A DNA stretch of 64,000 nucleotides from assembly GCA_001949185.1 (NCBI GenBank), contig BDGG01000013.1, forward strand, positions 372,001 to 436,000. The letters are read 5' to 3'. The position numbers and the translations under genes were made by a program. The stretch comes from Ramazzottius varieornatus (Eukaryota; Animalia; Tardigrada). Below are positions 10,178 to 21,358 of the stretch, piece after piece (the first letter of the stretch is position 1; every line of letters begins with the position of its first letter). The notes below the pieces were generated by a model, which was not told where the DNA came from, ran no database searches, and saw only the letters and a program-made list of their open reading frames with translations.

Positions 10178-13100
10178 ATGACCAGAAGCTTGGCTGCGTC
10201 TCGTGGGGGGATGGGTGTATGGTTCCTGGCAGTGGTGGCGATCACCTGCAGCTCGGTTGCAGCAGTCCAGGTAAGCGGGGTACTTCAGCTGTCATCAAGT
10301 ATCCGAGACAACTTGACGAAGAAATGAAATTCTGATCGTGTCTGATCGGTGTTGCAGGGGTTGGAGCTCACTGAGGAGCGGCATGAAGTGCATTCGTGGA
10401 ACGTCTCCTTATGGACCGCTTATTCAACATACCAAGAGCAACAACACATCCTGGAACTATGCCGCCAACTATGGGCTTATGCGTTAGGTGAGGCATCGAT
10501 ACGCACAGGACATCAAGCCCACGGTTATAATGCACTTTTCACCGCACACGGTCAATGTGACGTTGATGCGTGGTAAACAATGGATTGCCTGACGTTTCCT
10601 GCGCTTGATTATCCTCTTCCACGAAATGGCATGCACATTGTTGCTTTCTTACAGATTGTCCGGTGGGGAGTGTGGCGCTAACTCTACAGCAAGCGGAGCT
10701 CATTCAAATTAATGGCATCGTTCGAAAAAACGCTAAACTGTACCATCTTGCTTATTCCGTTGAGACCACCTTCAACTCGAATATTACCCGGACTGCAGCA
10801 AACCAGACCTACCAGGACGTTCTAGTGCAGAGCGGTACACAGCTGCAGGTCGACCTTGGGTTATCAGTCTCTGCTTGGATCGAAGCTTCGAAAGAATGGG
10901 CCATGAATAATGCCAACGGTTCTGTAAACTCAACGACTGCCGTCCACTTCCTGGACCATTATCGACCCCACTGGCAAACTTTTGTGCTGTTCGACGTGGC
11001 CCACATCGATGTTAGCGCTGCGGGTACACTTGACAGCACCGAAATGTCGATCAAACTCAACGACTCGGAAATTACGGAATCACGGGTTGTTGATGTGTTA
11101 CATGGCACTGTGATGGTGTACAATATCTCACGGATGGATGCGGTCACCAAGAACATATCGACGGTTATCGTAAAAGCTACGCAGTTCTTGTTTGACGGTA
11201 AACGCGGCTGACGGTTCCAACCTGAGAAAATCTTTGAATTTCGATATTTCAGAATTTTATTATTTCATCAAAGCTTGAACACATACAAGATATTCAATGA
11301 TATTTGGTGGAATTAACCACAGCCCGAGACTTTGTCGTTCATTTTATCGCTGATGTTTCTTCCTTGTTTAGAGAAACTGGAGTCTCAAAAAGGCATCATG
11401 GATGTGAAGCTCACCTTCGGCATCCTTCAAAGTGTACGACATCCCACAAGCCGCCCTTTTGTAAACGAATTCGAAACACGGTACCAGCTGACCTTCACCG
11501 TGATCTTAAACGTCAAAGCCGGAAACACCACCTGGGAGGATAACAGAAAGGAAGCCTCGCGATCGATCTGGACCAACCGCTGGAATCTTCTTCTTGAAGG
11601 CTTGAGTCAGCACTCGTCGAACCTCACGGCATCCAAAGGATGGCTTGTGTCCTTTTCGGAACTGGAAGCCGAAACAGATGCTTCCCCCCCTGCAAAACTC
11701 GCTGAATGTCGACGGATACCATACGTTTTGTTCGATAGCGTGAACCTGGCTTACGGGAGCGATCGCGTGCCCACATCGGCTCTTGGAGCTCTTGTCAACA
11801 TTTGGACTCTCGTGCTCGGTAAGGCCTCATAGCCCTCGGATCAGCGCCGGGTTACCCTGCTTGATCTGGATTTGATTACAGGGAGAAAAGCCTCCCAAGT
11901 GACAGTTGCGTTGAGCCGCATAGCGTCGGAAGTGTCCTTTTCCCTTGCGGGCGATCAGGGTCTTCCCATCAACAAATTGTTCCTTCGGGTTACGTTCACA
12001 TCTACCCATGAACAGTGCCCACCGGCTGACGGTGCTGAAAAACAGGCATGGAACACCATAGAACTCAAGAAAGCGTTTCGTGAGAAAGTCCAGCAAGCTA
12101 GAAACGAGTTCTTGCTATTGTCGAACACGGAGCTGCTGGACTTTTCTTTCTACAATGACGCAGTAACCACCGCCCAGACGGCGTCTGGGGCTTCAGTCGC
12201 AGCCAGCCCGATCTCGTCCACCACGGCTTCCAGTGCGATCACGGTACGATACACTTCAGACCTCGGTGTATGGGTAGAGTTGGTTCGGTTGAGGGAAGAG
12301 AATGGATATTAATTGTTCTACGGCGAATTATTTTCCCGTACGGTACTTCCCCGCGGGGAATCCTCGCGGTAAACGGTTCTTCCTTGTTCTAACAGACCGA
12401 AAACTACAGCTTTCCTTCGGCTAACCGATCGCGAAGGCAAACGAAGTACCTAAAGAAACGATATCACTGGCCTTCGCGATCGGTTAGCCGAAGAAAAGCT
12501 GTAGTTCTCGGTCTGTTACAGTAGTACTTCAACTTGCAATCTGATCAGCTGCCACAAGGAGAGAAAAATTGGGCCAGGCGGAAAAGACGGCAAAATGGAA
12601 ATTCAATTGCAGAGAGGAGTCGACAAGCGTATTAGTGTGAATCAGGAGCGTACGTACGTGCTTCCGTGCCGCCGTAGCGAAAAGGCCTGTCCAATAATTC
12701 TACCAGGCTGGCCAATATTGCTTTTCACCCTGAATTTCGCAAATTTCCGGCGCTCAAGTTACTGTGCAATGTAAGCAAGGCATCAGAAACTGCCTTGCTC
12801 ATTTTAGACAACGGGGAACCCAGCGAGGACCAGCCCCATTCAGGAGAACATTCTTCTCTGTTACCCCAACGAGACCGAGCGTAATCGGCAACTGGCTTCC
12901 CTTCGACAAATTTGGGCGGACGCTTTCGGTAGGAACACTCATTGCACCTCGGCTTTTGACAGCCTCAATATCGCTGGATTGATTGTTTGCAATTGGTCGC
13001 TGATTGTAGGACAAGACATATTCGACGTTAGACTTAGCGTGACCCACGATGTGCTGGTCTCAGGGGAAAACACAACTTCTGCGCCAGCTCTCAATGTGTC

Positions 13101-14606
13101 TGTGCCAACTCCTCCGGCAAACGCTTCATCGACTAACGAAACGGGTAAACCACTGTTCATCCACCAGGTCCAGTACATCGTTATCCCTTCTAATCTGGAT
13201 GTTCAGCGCCTCAACTTGTCCTCCGCAAGGAGTCGTTACTACGAGCTCTTGGCCGCTAGCTCACTGGGGCAGCAGCAGGAGAATTGCACCGCTCTGGCGA
13301 GTAGTCTCTTTACGGACACCAATGTCACTTCGACAACAGCACCGTCTTCGACTCACGATTTTGTCCAGTTCAACCCTCGGAAAACTCGCCGTATAATTAT
13401 GACAATCATCAACGACTCAACTGTTCTCCAGTATCACAACCTCGGGGAGAAAAACTACGCACTGACCACCATACGGCAACTGTGGGCCTCTGCTTTCAGT
13501 AAGTGGACGTACTGCGGTTTCCCACCGAACTACCAGCCTTGATTTATGTTTCTTTCCTTCCGAAGATTATTCCCTACAAAAAACGATACTTAAAGTGAGA
13601 AACGAAGAGATGCTGGGCCCGTCCGTCCATCAAATCGACTACTCTATCCAGCTGATTGGCCATTCCGACGCCGCCTCGGACTATCCCGACGCTGAGACGG
13701 TCGAAGCGGCCCAACAATATTTCGGCCAGTTCTTTCCGAAACCGACAACAACCTCGCCCACCACGACCCTTGCCACCACCTCGGAACCGGTCAAGGCGGC
13801 TACGCCCTACCTTTTTTACGACAGCCTTCGCTTGACGTATCGCACTATCACTCAACGAGACGGCGCACTGACCATATTTCAAAAGATCTGGCGCAACGTA
13901 CTCAGTACGAGAAGTTTTTATTCCAGTTAGACGTGATGGAATTCTATGATCCAGTTTGTTCTACAGAGTCAGCCTGTGCAAACTGTACTTCAAGGATGGT
14001 GGTCTACGACGAGAATCCGGTGTTCGTACCCGAAGACATACTTCCTGTGACGACGAGTTCTCCTAGCCCGGCCAACGTCAGGCATTACAGTAAACAGGAG
14101 GACGACGAAGACATCGGCCAAACTCACACGATATTTTATGTGGTCATCGTTGTCAGTACGCTTCCCGATATTGACTTTGTCCAAGCCAAGGAGGACTTTC
14201 GCCAGACCGTCTTTAACACCACGGACTTTCCATACATCGTGAACTTCGCGAACGTTTACCCTTCGCCTAAACCGCGATCGATTCAGACGGTGGTCATCCT
14301 CACACCAGCTTCGGCTGATACCAACTCATCCCAAAGACTACAATTAAAGACAGAAGCCTATCAGAAATTACTAGGTTTGTCCGTCCACTTACAAAGCCGG
14401 CAGAAAATTTCAGCACAGTGATTTGTTTTCTAGGAAAAGACTTTGTCTGGCTGGACGTTTGGGACGTTCGATTCCCCGCAAACACAGCGCACACCAAATC
14501 ACCTCTTGAGTCTGAGGCAACCGTTCTGACAGACACATTTGAAATCACGGCTTTGATAACCACCAACATGCGCATATCACCTACGGACCTCCAGAATGCC
14601 GTCTGA
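10178..14606 (+). CDS. Large multi-exon secreted/surface glycoprotein of unknown family (3' end uncertain)
   Basis: Signal peptide MTRSLAAS..WFLAVVAITCSSVAA; canonical introns (10271-10357, 11819-11881 and others); many NxS/T sites and Thr/Ser-rich linkers. Confidence 0.7.
12390..12518. mobile_element. Palindromic MITE in intron
   Basis: About 49-bp inverted arms TAACAGACCGA.../...TCGGTCTGTTA. Confidence 0.7.
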
Positions 14607-14744
14607 CATTCGGCTAGGTCGAAAACGTGGGTCACGAGGATGTACGAGAGGAAAGCACTCTGAATCAGCACCGTAGTCACGACAGATCCACATAAACACA
14701 AATGTGGTGTATGTACTTTGGATCACTGTGGTGTTTTTTTCCAG

Positions 14745-14879
14745 TATTGTATTGCCTAGTGAAACTCGCGCAGTACGTGTAAGTACATGGAATGCACCGC
14801 TGGAGGAGTAAAACCGGTCTGGGCTTGTACTCTACTTGCACGATGACGTACTGCACGAGCTTCACTAGGCAGTACAGTA
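14745..14879. mobile_element. MITE (TACTGTA-type ends)
   Basis: About 34-bp imperfect TIR TATTGTATTGCCTAGTGAA / TTCACTAGGCAGTACAGTA. Confidence 0.7.
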
Positions 14880-15884
14880 TATGCATACATGTGAATTTAT
14901 CAAAGTAAAGTTATGGGTAACGTAACACGATAATCTATTTCCGGGGACGCTACTGGGTGTGGGCACAGGTGTGCGACTCCACATGTTCACAAGCTCGGAT
15001 TGATCCACTGAGATGATAACGGTGCTAAGGAGGAGGTGGCACCTACCGTAACATCGACCAATGGTGGTCCATCCCAGCAACCTTTCCGAGAGCCTCCACG
15101 TTTTAACTCCGCGCTTAGAGGTATTCTGGCCAAAATAATCATGACCCTCAAATACAGTGAATGATCACCACGACAAGCAGAGGAGAAGCACTGCTCCTAC
15201 CTTGCCTCATGTATGAGCAGTGATTAATGCGGCTTTGGATGGCGTTTGATGAGGGGGTGACGAGGACCGTTTAGGTTGTTGATGGCGCGAATGGCGACGG
15301 CCTTTTGCACCTGACTGCTCAAAACCCACGCCTATCCTGCGTGGGTTTCGGTATGCAGCACGCCGGGCCATACTACCGTACTCCTGAACATTCTCGTACA
15401 ACAGCATGGGTTTTTATTACTGAGTTTACTAACCCTGAGCATGACTCTTGCATAGTCGCCACAGATGGAGTTCTACATGTTACTGCAGTTTCCCCAATAA
15501 ACTGATCGCGATTTCTGAAGGTCGCGATATTGCTCTGGTTGCTTGAAACCGTAATGTATCCGCTGTTTTCAATGTTGGCGCTCACAGATAACCGCCAGTG
15601 CCTTTGGGTCCTTTCGTTAGCACAAAAACAAGCCTTCTGGCGCGTCTCTTCTGCCCAAAACAAGCGGATGCCATAACAACGAGAGACAAGTGTACGTGTG
15701 GTCTTTTCCACAGAGTGAGGACGCGCGTTTTATTTGCCCCGAGAGCGAGTTTGCCGGCTAGATGTCCATAAATTCCTCGGTATTAGGCCGTTATCCTTTA
15801 GTTTTCTTATTTTCGGCTTGCTCGCTGTGACTTGAATTCGCTTGACCGATCGCTGACGGTTTATGCGGAAGACTTAGCTGCGGG

Positions 15885-16418
15885 ATGGATTACCAACCGT
15901 TGCCTGTAGAGCCAGTAACGTCCACGGCTAGTCAGCAGTACAAGAAGCGCCTGGGTTCTCGGATCAACTTTTATCTCCGCAAAAGCTGGCTGGACTGTAA
16001 GACCTTCTTTCAAGTCAACGGTCGCCTGATATGGAAACAGCATTGTCGAGATTTACTCTTTTGTCTCTTCTGGACGATAGTGTTCTTCGCTGTGCTCGTC
16101 AACGATATCATCCAGTACGCGGTAGTGCGGGACGTGTCGAAGACCTCGCAAGTTTTAACCGTACCCATCCTGTACAGCCAGATCATTCTGGTCTACTACA
16201 CCATGGCTTGTTATTTTAAACGGCTGTTTTGTCGCGCTTATCAACTAACTCCTCAGATTATCACTTTGTTAGCCATATTGTTTTGGTTCGATGCGGCTTT
16301 GCTAGCTGGTCGGCTGATTTTAGAAATTATCTACCGCGACACTAGACCAGAGTTTTATCCTAGCACGGACAATTCTGATATTGTATTGGATCGTTATGCT
16401 GGTCTTGGAAACTATTGA
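15885..16418 (+). CDS. Intronless orphan membrane protein (about 3 TM), 177 aa
   Basis: ATG-started ORF with three hydrophobic segments; family not recognised. Confidence 0.5.
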   Translation: MDYQPLPVEPVTSTASQQYKKRLGSRINFYLRKSWLDCKTFFQVNGRLIWKQHCRDLLFCLFWTIVFFAVLVNDIIQYAVVRDVSKTSQVLTVPILYSQIILVYYTMACYFKRLFCRAYQLTPQIITLLAILFWFDAALLAGRLILEIIYRDTRPEFYPSTDNSDIVLDRYAGLGNY

Positions 16419-16506
16419 AACATGATAAAATCTGGCCAACCATTGACGCACTCTCCACATTGTAGTCTGAATCTTTCTGGCAAACCCACTGCATGGTGAA
16501 GACAAT

Positions 16507-16947
16507 ATGGACCGAGTTTGCTCGAAAACAACACAATTTGTGAACAACTACCGTAAAGGTTCTAAGGACAAAGGTGGAGATGAACGCCATGAAATTAAGA
16601 GGTGGAGTTACATCTGTACAAAACGCACGACCAGCCACAAGTTCAAGAAGGGCGATTTGGTAAACTTAAATTTTGAACAGCTTGCCGTATTTGAGAACAT
16701 AAGCTTCCCCTTCAAAACATCTGCATTTTGCCAGATCACCCTGCACGGCACCTTCACAGCGTTCCGGTGTGTGGAAATACTCGAGTATTTCTACGGGGAC
16801 CAACTTCAGATAATGGTCTGCCATCACGACGAGAGCCGCCTGCTGATTGACCCAAATTACAGCCTTTCGGACGGTTGTAGGGTCCTCTGGAAGTGTATAG
16901 AAGAGTGGCAAACGAGTATAGATTCCACTTTGGCTGTTCTTCGTTAG
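16507..16947 (+). CDS. Intronless orphan ORF, 146 aa
   Basis: ATG-started ORF; overlaps the 527-aa antisense ORF by 282 nt. Confidence 0.35.
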   Translation: MDRVCSKTTQFVNNYRKGSKDKGGDERHEIKRWSYICTKRTTSHKFKKGDLVNLNFEQLAVFENISFPFKTSAFCQITLHGTFTAFRCVEILEYFYGDQLQIMVCHHDESRLLIDPNYSLSDGCRVLWKCIEEWQTSIDSTLAVLR

Positions 16948-18249
16948 GGTTCGACGATGTGGTTTGCCCATAGTTCCTTTGCACGTTGGGAGCTTCATAA
17001 GTACGGAGTATTCTTTGGTCGGGATATCTTCCCAATTGAGGTTGAGCTTATCAGCGGCGAGTTTAACCCAGTCAGGAAGGCCTTCGAGTAGGCTGTTGAA
17101 TGCGATAATGGTTTTACGGTTCGGGTGCTCTGGTACGGGCCGCTCTGGGCCGGGAAACGGCAGATTGGGAAAGGTAATTTCCCGGGGCTTCGATGGTGAC
17201 AGCGATCGGGCTTCTGCCTGTGGATCATACGTTTTGGCGATCTTGCTTTCCGGACCCTTAAAACAAATGCATTTGGAAAAACCCAGGCTTGTCGCCCCTT
17301 CGCACTTGCCAGAGATGTGTTTGTCGATAGCGTTCTTCTCCACTGGCTTCATGTAATGGCCGGACATGAGCACAAAGTGGCTGTTCTCTGCTGTGAATAC
17401 TTTGATCACGACATCATCGCCCTCCTTGAAGAACCTGGGTACGTCCAGCCCGTCTTTATCGAGGGCAGACATATGGCTGCGTAATCCTTCCATCCTTCCC
17501 GTGGTTGGCTTGAGTTTCAGATATTTGTCCATATACCAAAAACGCAGGGTAGGGTTTAGGTTCACGTAGCTTTGCATGTCTTTAAGCGAAAAGACAAACC
17601 ACCTGTCCACCAGGCAGGCTATAACCCTGTTTTCCCAATCCGGATGAATGGGAGCTTGAACGTTGGGGGCCAGTATTTTAGGCTGCTGAACAAGCGGCGG
17701 CACAGGGTCAGTCCGATCAGCGGATGATCTGTCGTTTCGCTGTCTGAAATTTTTGTTGTTGTTCCGCTTCCTGTTTCTAGGCTTCGGACAGATAGAACTG
17801 TCGACCGCTGAAGAATCTGGAGAACTAGTGGAGGTATCGGAAGAATCGTGTTTTGGCTGTTTCGACTGATGGGACGTTGGGTCATCGTCGGGACGTCGCT
17901 TCCTGGGAGAAGGAGATGCTTTCGAAGTGGTAGGTTGATTGGCCATTGCCTGTATGTGCATTCTGTAACGGACAAAGGTACACCTATTAGGTCTGTACTG
18001 TAAGTATGACCTGCGGGTTTTCGGAGGGAAGTTTTGAAAATTCATTTCGCTGGCTGTAGCGGAATTCCTCGTTTCCTCTTTTCGTAAATAAAAGATACGA
18101 TGGTCATTTGCACAGGTATTTGAAACTCTGATTCGTAGATTTCTCGGGTTTTGTATGAGAATGTTTAGTGATCGCAAAATTTCATAAACTACCTCCAGTT
18201 GGAATTCTATTTCCTGTAGCCACACCAAGACAGCCAAAAATTCAGACAC
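16666..18249 (-). CDS. Intronless orphan ORF (527 codons) with a basic/Ser-rich disordered segment
   Basis: Long open frame; SPRKRR and RNRKRNNNKNFRQR basic patches; its 5' end abuts a MITE. Confidence 0.6.
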   Translation of the reverse strand: MSEFLAVLVWLQEIEFQLEVVYEILRSLNILIQNPRNLRIRVSNTCANDHRIFYLRKEETRNSATASEMNFQNFPPKTRRSYLQYRPNRCTFVRYRMHIQAMANQPTTSKASPSPRKRRPDDDPTSHQSKQPKHDSSDTSTSSPDSSAVDSSICPKPRNRKRNNNKNFRQRNDRSSADRTDPVPPLVQQPKILAPNVQAPIHPDWENRVIACLVDRWFVFSLKDMQSYVNLNPTLRFWYMDKYLKLKPTTGRMEGLRSHMSALDKDGLDVPRFFKEGDDVVIKVFTAENSHFVLMSGHYMKPVEKNAIDKHISGKCEGATSLGFSKCICFKGPESKIAKTYDPQAEARSLSPSKPREITFPNLPFPGPERPVPEHPNRKTIIAFNSLLEGLPDWVKLAADKLNLNWEDIPTKEYSVLMKLPTCKGTMGKPHRRTLTKNSQSGIYTRLPLFYTLPEDPTTVRKAVIWVNQQAALVVMADHYLKLVPVEILEYFHTPERCEGAVQGDLAKCRCFEGEAYVLKYGKLFKI

Positions 18250-18251
18250 TA

Positions 18252-18456
18252 CTGTATTCCCTCGATAGTTCTGCGAATCACGTGACTGTTCCGTTAAATA
18301 TTGCCCGGCGGGGATAGAAAATATTCATGCATTCAATCAAAGATTGCTCGCCAATCAAGTAGAGCGGCGGGCGACAATCAAACAAGCAGTGATGTCACTG
18401 CGGGTGTAATATACTGGCCTGATGACGTAGTTCGCAGAACTATCGAGGGAATACAC
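18252..18456. mobile_element. Tc1/mariner-type MITE, copy 1
   Basis: TIR CTGTATTCCCTCGATAGTTCTGCGAA, TA on both sides; homologous to 20195-20400. Confidence 0.85.
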
Positions 18457-19027
18457 TACGGTAAACAAAACTTCAACGAAGACGCTATCGAACGGTCGTT
18501 TCAGTATAGGCAAGAACAGTTTACTACATAAGTTAGCCAGGTGGGAGAAAATGCTTCGAAAAACTGACATTGGACGATGCAAAAACCACCTGTTTTGAAA
18601 GCCGGTCGAAAGCAAGAGTCTCCAAACTTGGCAGGTGGATAGTGAATACATTGGTGTACTCTTCAAGAGCGTCAGCTCTCGTTTTCGTTCGGCAATGATA
18701 GAGGCAAAAACGGGAAGCTTTCACCTCACGAAAATGGCGCACGTCGACAACCGCAACTTTCCACCTTGTTATGCATAAAAGTTCTTTCTCAAAACTCAAA
18801 GCATATCTTTTGAAACTTCTTCTTGCAGTTGATAAACCATCCTCAGTAATACGAAACCTTTCTATCGTTCTCGAGTTCAGAAAGCCCGTTCCGCGCAAAT
18901 TGTTTTTTAAAAGGACTGTGTTCGAATGTAGTGCAAGCAAGCATAAATGGTCGTAAAGCTATTCGCCTTCTTTGTGTACATTTACTGTGGTGGCTATACT
19001 TTCTGAACGTCGTAAGGTTCTTGTAAC

Positions 19028-19468
19028 TTACTCTTCGCCCAGATCCTTGTAAGCGTCCATTTTGTCTCTCGGGTTCTTCGTACTATTGGGATTGTTACAA
19101 GCTCGATCAGTAAGTGCACCGTCCCGGTTCTGCGAAGCAGAATCATTTCCAGGCACGACTGAGGCCCCTTTCGTGCGAGAGAAATTGGGGTGAAAACCCG
19201 GCGAACCAGGTATCGGTTGCAGGCGTGAATAAAATTCCTCCTCTTGTGGTGTGTGTGGCAGTCGTTCTTTCAGGCGGAATTGATCAATGGGAAGAAACTC
19301 AGGTATCACAACACCCGCAAAATCATCGAAGAAGCAAGGGTCGCTGAGGTAAACGTAGTGGGCAGATTCAGGGGAATGTGGTTGGGCAAACTGGGTGAAC
19401 CATGGACGATGCGGACCTGTGTCTTCGTAGCGACTACCGCCTGCGCAGAAGAAGTGAGGAATTGGCAC
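19028..19468 (-). pseudogene. Orphan ORF remnant
   Basis: 146 open codons without an ATG start; upstream frames broken. Confidence 0.3.
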
Positions 19469-20194
19469 GTTGGGCAGTTTGATGTGCTCCGTGACGATTT
19501 TGAACAGTCTATTTCGGAGTCTGATGTCTCCTGCAACACTACTTTTTGATGTTATTGATTGGAGGTATCAAAATACGATGTCAGAAATACTTGCCCGCCG
19601 GTGATCACAGGACGTTGGGTACTATTGACTGATGTATTGGCGTTATCTGACCACTAGTAGTGAAGCATTTTGAAGCTGTAGTTTGACTGAGGGTGTTGAT
19701 TGAGACTTCCACATAGGTTTCCAATAGTTCAGCAGCAAGAGTAATGAGGGAAGAAAAGACGTACGAGGAGGTGATCATAACTGTTCTCAGCGTTCAACTT
19801 TGCTCACATATGTCATAACTACGACATTCAGCTCAAGATACCCGCGCGTAGCTAGCGACGTATGGCGAACAGAGTTGTACGCTGAGCAAGATAAGACCTC
19901 ACTTCTCGAATACATCACAATGAAAAGTAATAGTCTCACCGGTCATGAACATCAAGCATCCCCAGTCTTTGCAATTTTTTTAGCTCCAGCGAGAAAAAAT
20001 TCCAGCAGTGTGTCGATCAACCTGTCATCACATCTATCATCCAGTGTGTCACCGATATTCTGGTAGTCCACTATGCAGTCAATCACAGCAGCGCCCTGCA
20101 AATGCAGAGCTTTAAATTGAACGGTGTTATCCCTCAAACTTCGAGAAGAAAATTGATGCACTAGTAGTGTGACAGATCTGCGAGATCGAACGCA

Positions 20195-20400
20195 CTGTAT
20201 TCCCTCGACGGTTTCGCGAATCACGTGACGGACAACGTAAATATTACCCGGCGGGGATGGAAAATGCCTGCGTCTTCAATCAAGGTTTACTCGCCAATCA
20301 AGGTTCCGTGATGGGCGACAATCAGACAATCAGTGGTGTCAGTGCGGGCATAGTTTACTGGCGTGATGGCGTGATTCGCGAGACCATCGAGGGAATACAG
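20195..20400. mobile_element. Tc1/mariner-type MITE, copy 2
   Basis: TIR CTGTATTCCCTCGA..TCGAGGGAATACAG; interior collinear with copy 1. Confidence 0.85.
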
Positions 20401-21028
20401 TATGCTGCGGTCAACAAAGATGCAAACTTCTGTTCTAAACAGCGAGCTACGCTTGGTACGTACGCGGTTGGCGAATGCAGTTGTAATTGCATCACAGGAA
20501 GGTGGGTAGTTTTTAGCAGTTTTCGCCTTGCAGTATAAGTATATTGCTACGTGACGTAACCCCATATAAGCAGCGGTCGACTTGAAAGACTCGGTGTAGT
20601 GATCAACCCAACTCTGAATATCGGCTTCATGTATGATGAAAACGGTTTCTGGCGTAGAAAAGGGTTGGTTGTGTGTGAACTTGGCTGCCGCACTTGTCGC
20701 ACTTTCCGAGCTGGTCGCTAAAACGAAACAAGCTTAATGCCATCTGGCAGATGGATGTGTGCAAAACTTTTATTCAGTTACTGTGTGCCTACGTGATATG
20801 AACGAACGTCATTTTGTATAATTCAGAATAAAAACCCGTCGGTAAGGCTTGACTTGTGATTTAAACTCTCCATTTTTTTAATATTAACCAGAATTAACCA
20901 GTATACGCAGTGTGCTACTGGTCATGCGATACTCCGCATACCCGGTACCTACCAGAACTCTTGAGTTCGGTGTAGCGATCGAGAAGTTCTCAATGTCCCA
21001 AAAAATAGTGAGACAATCTGCAAGGCAA

Positions 21029-21358
21029 TTATAAGCTTTTCGGTGCGTAGAAGTTGGTTAAGATTTCGTCTAATGTTATGAAGAACCACACGATGTCTGC
21101 AGGAAAGAACCACCGTCTGCCACCTTGCACAAAGCTCCTCCAATCTGCAACCTTGGTGTAGTCGTCGGCGATTCCAATAGACACTTTTACGCACTGACTG
21201 TTTCCTGTAGGCAAGTTGTAAGTGATCAGGTGAGGAGATGCATAAGGCAGATCGCGTGCTGCCCAGTTTCGATACTTTCGGTCATGTTCCTCCGTAATTG
21301 GAAGAAATGGGTTCTCTGGCTTTTGATAAGCATTCTTCGCTTTCTTTGTTCTGACCAT
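21029..21358 (-). CDS. Small orphan ORF, 109 aa
   Basis: MVRTKKAK basic N-terminus, protein-like composition. Confidence 0.4.
   Translation of the reverse strand: MVRTKKAKNAYQKPENPFLPITEEHDRKYRNWAARDLPYASPHLITYNLPTGNSQCVKVSIGIADDYTKVADWRSFVQGGRRWFFPADIVWFFITLDEILTNFYAPKSL

Noticed and set aside
11819-11881. In-frame TAG suggesting a pseudogene or readthrough
   Set aside because: It lies inside a canonical 63-nt GTAAGG..TTACAG intron
21029-21358. Faint resemblance to the PC4-like ssDNA-binding fold (VKVSIG..KVADWR)
   Set aside because: Too few conserved positions to support by eye
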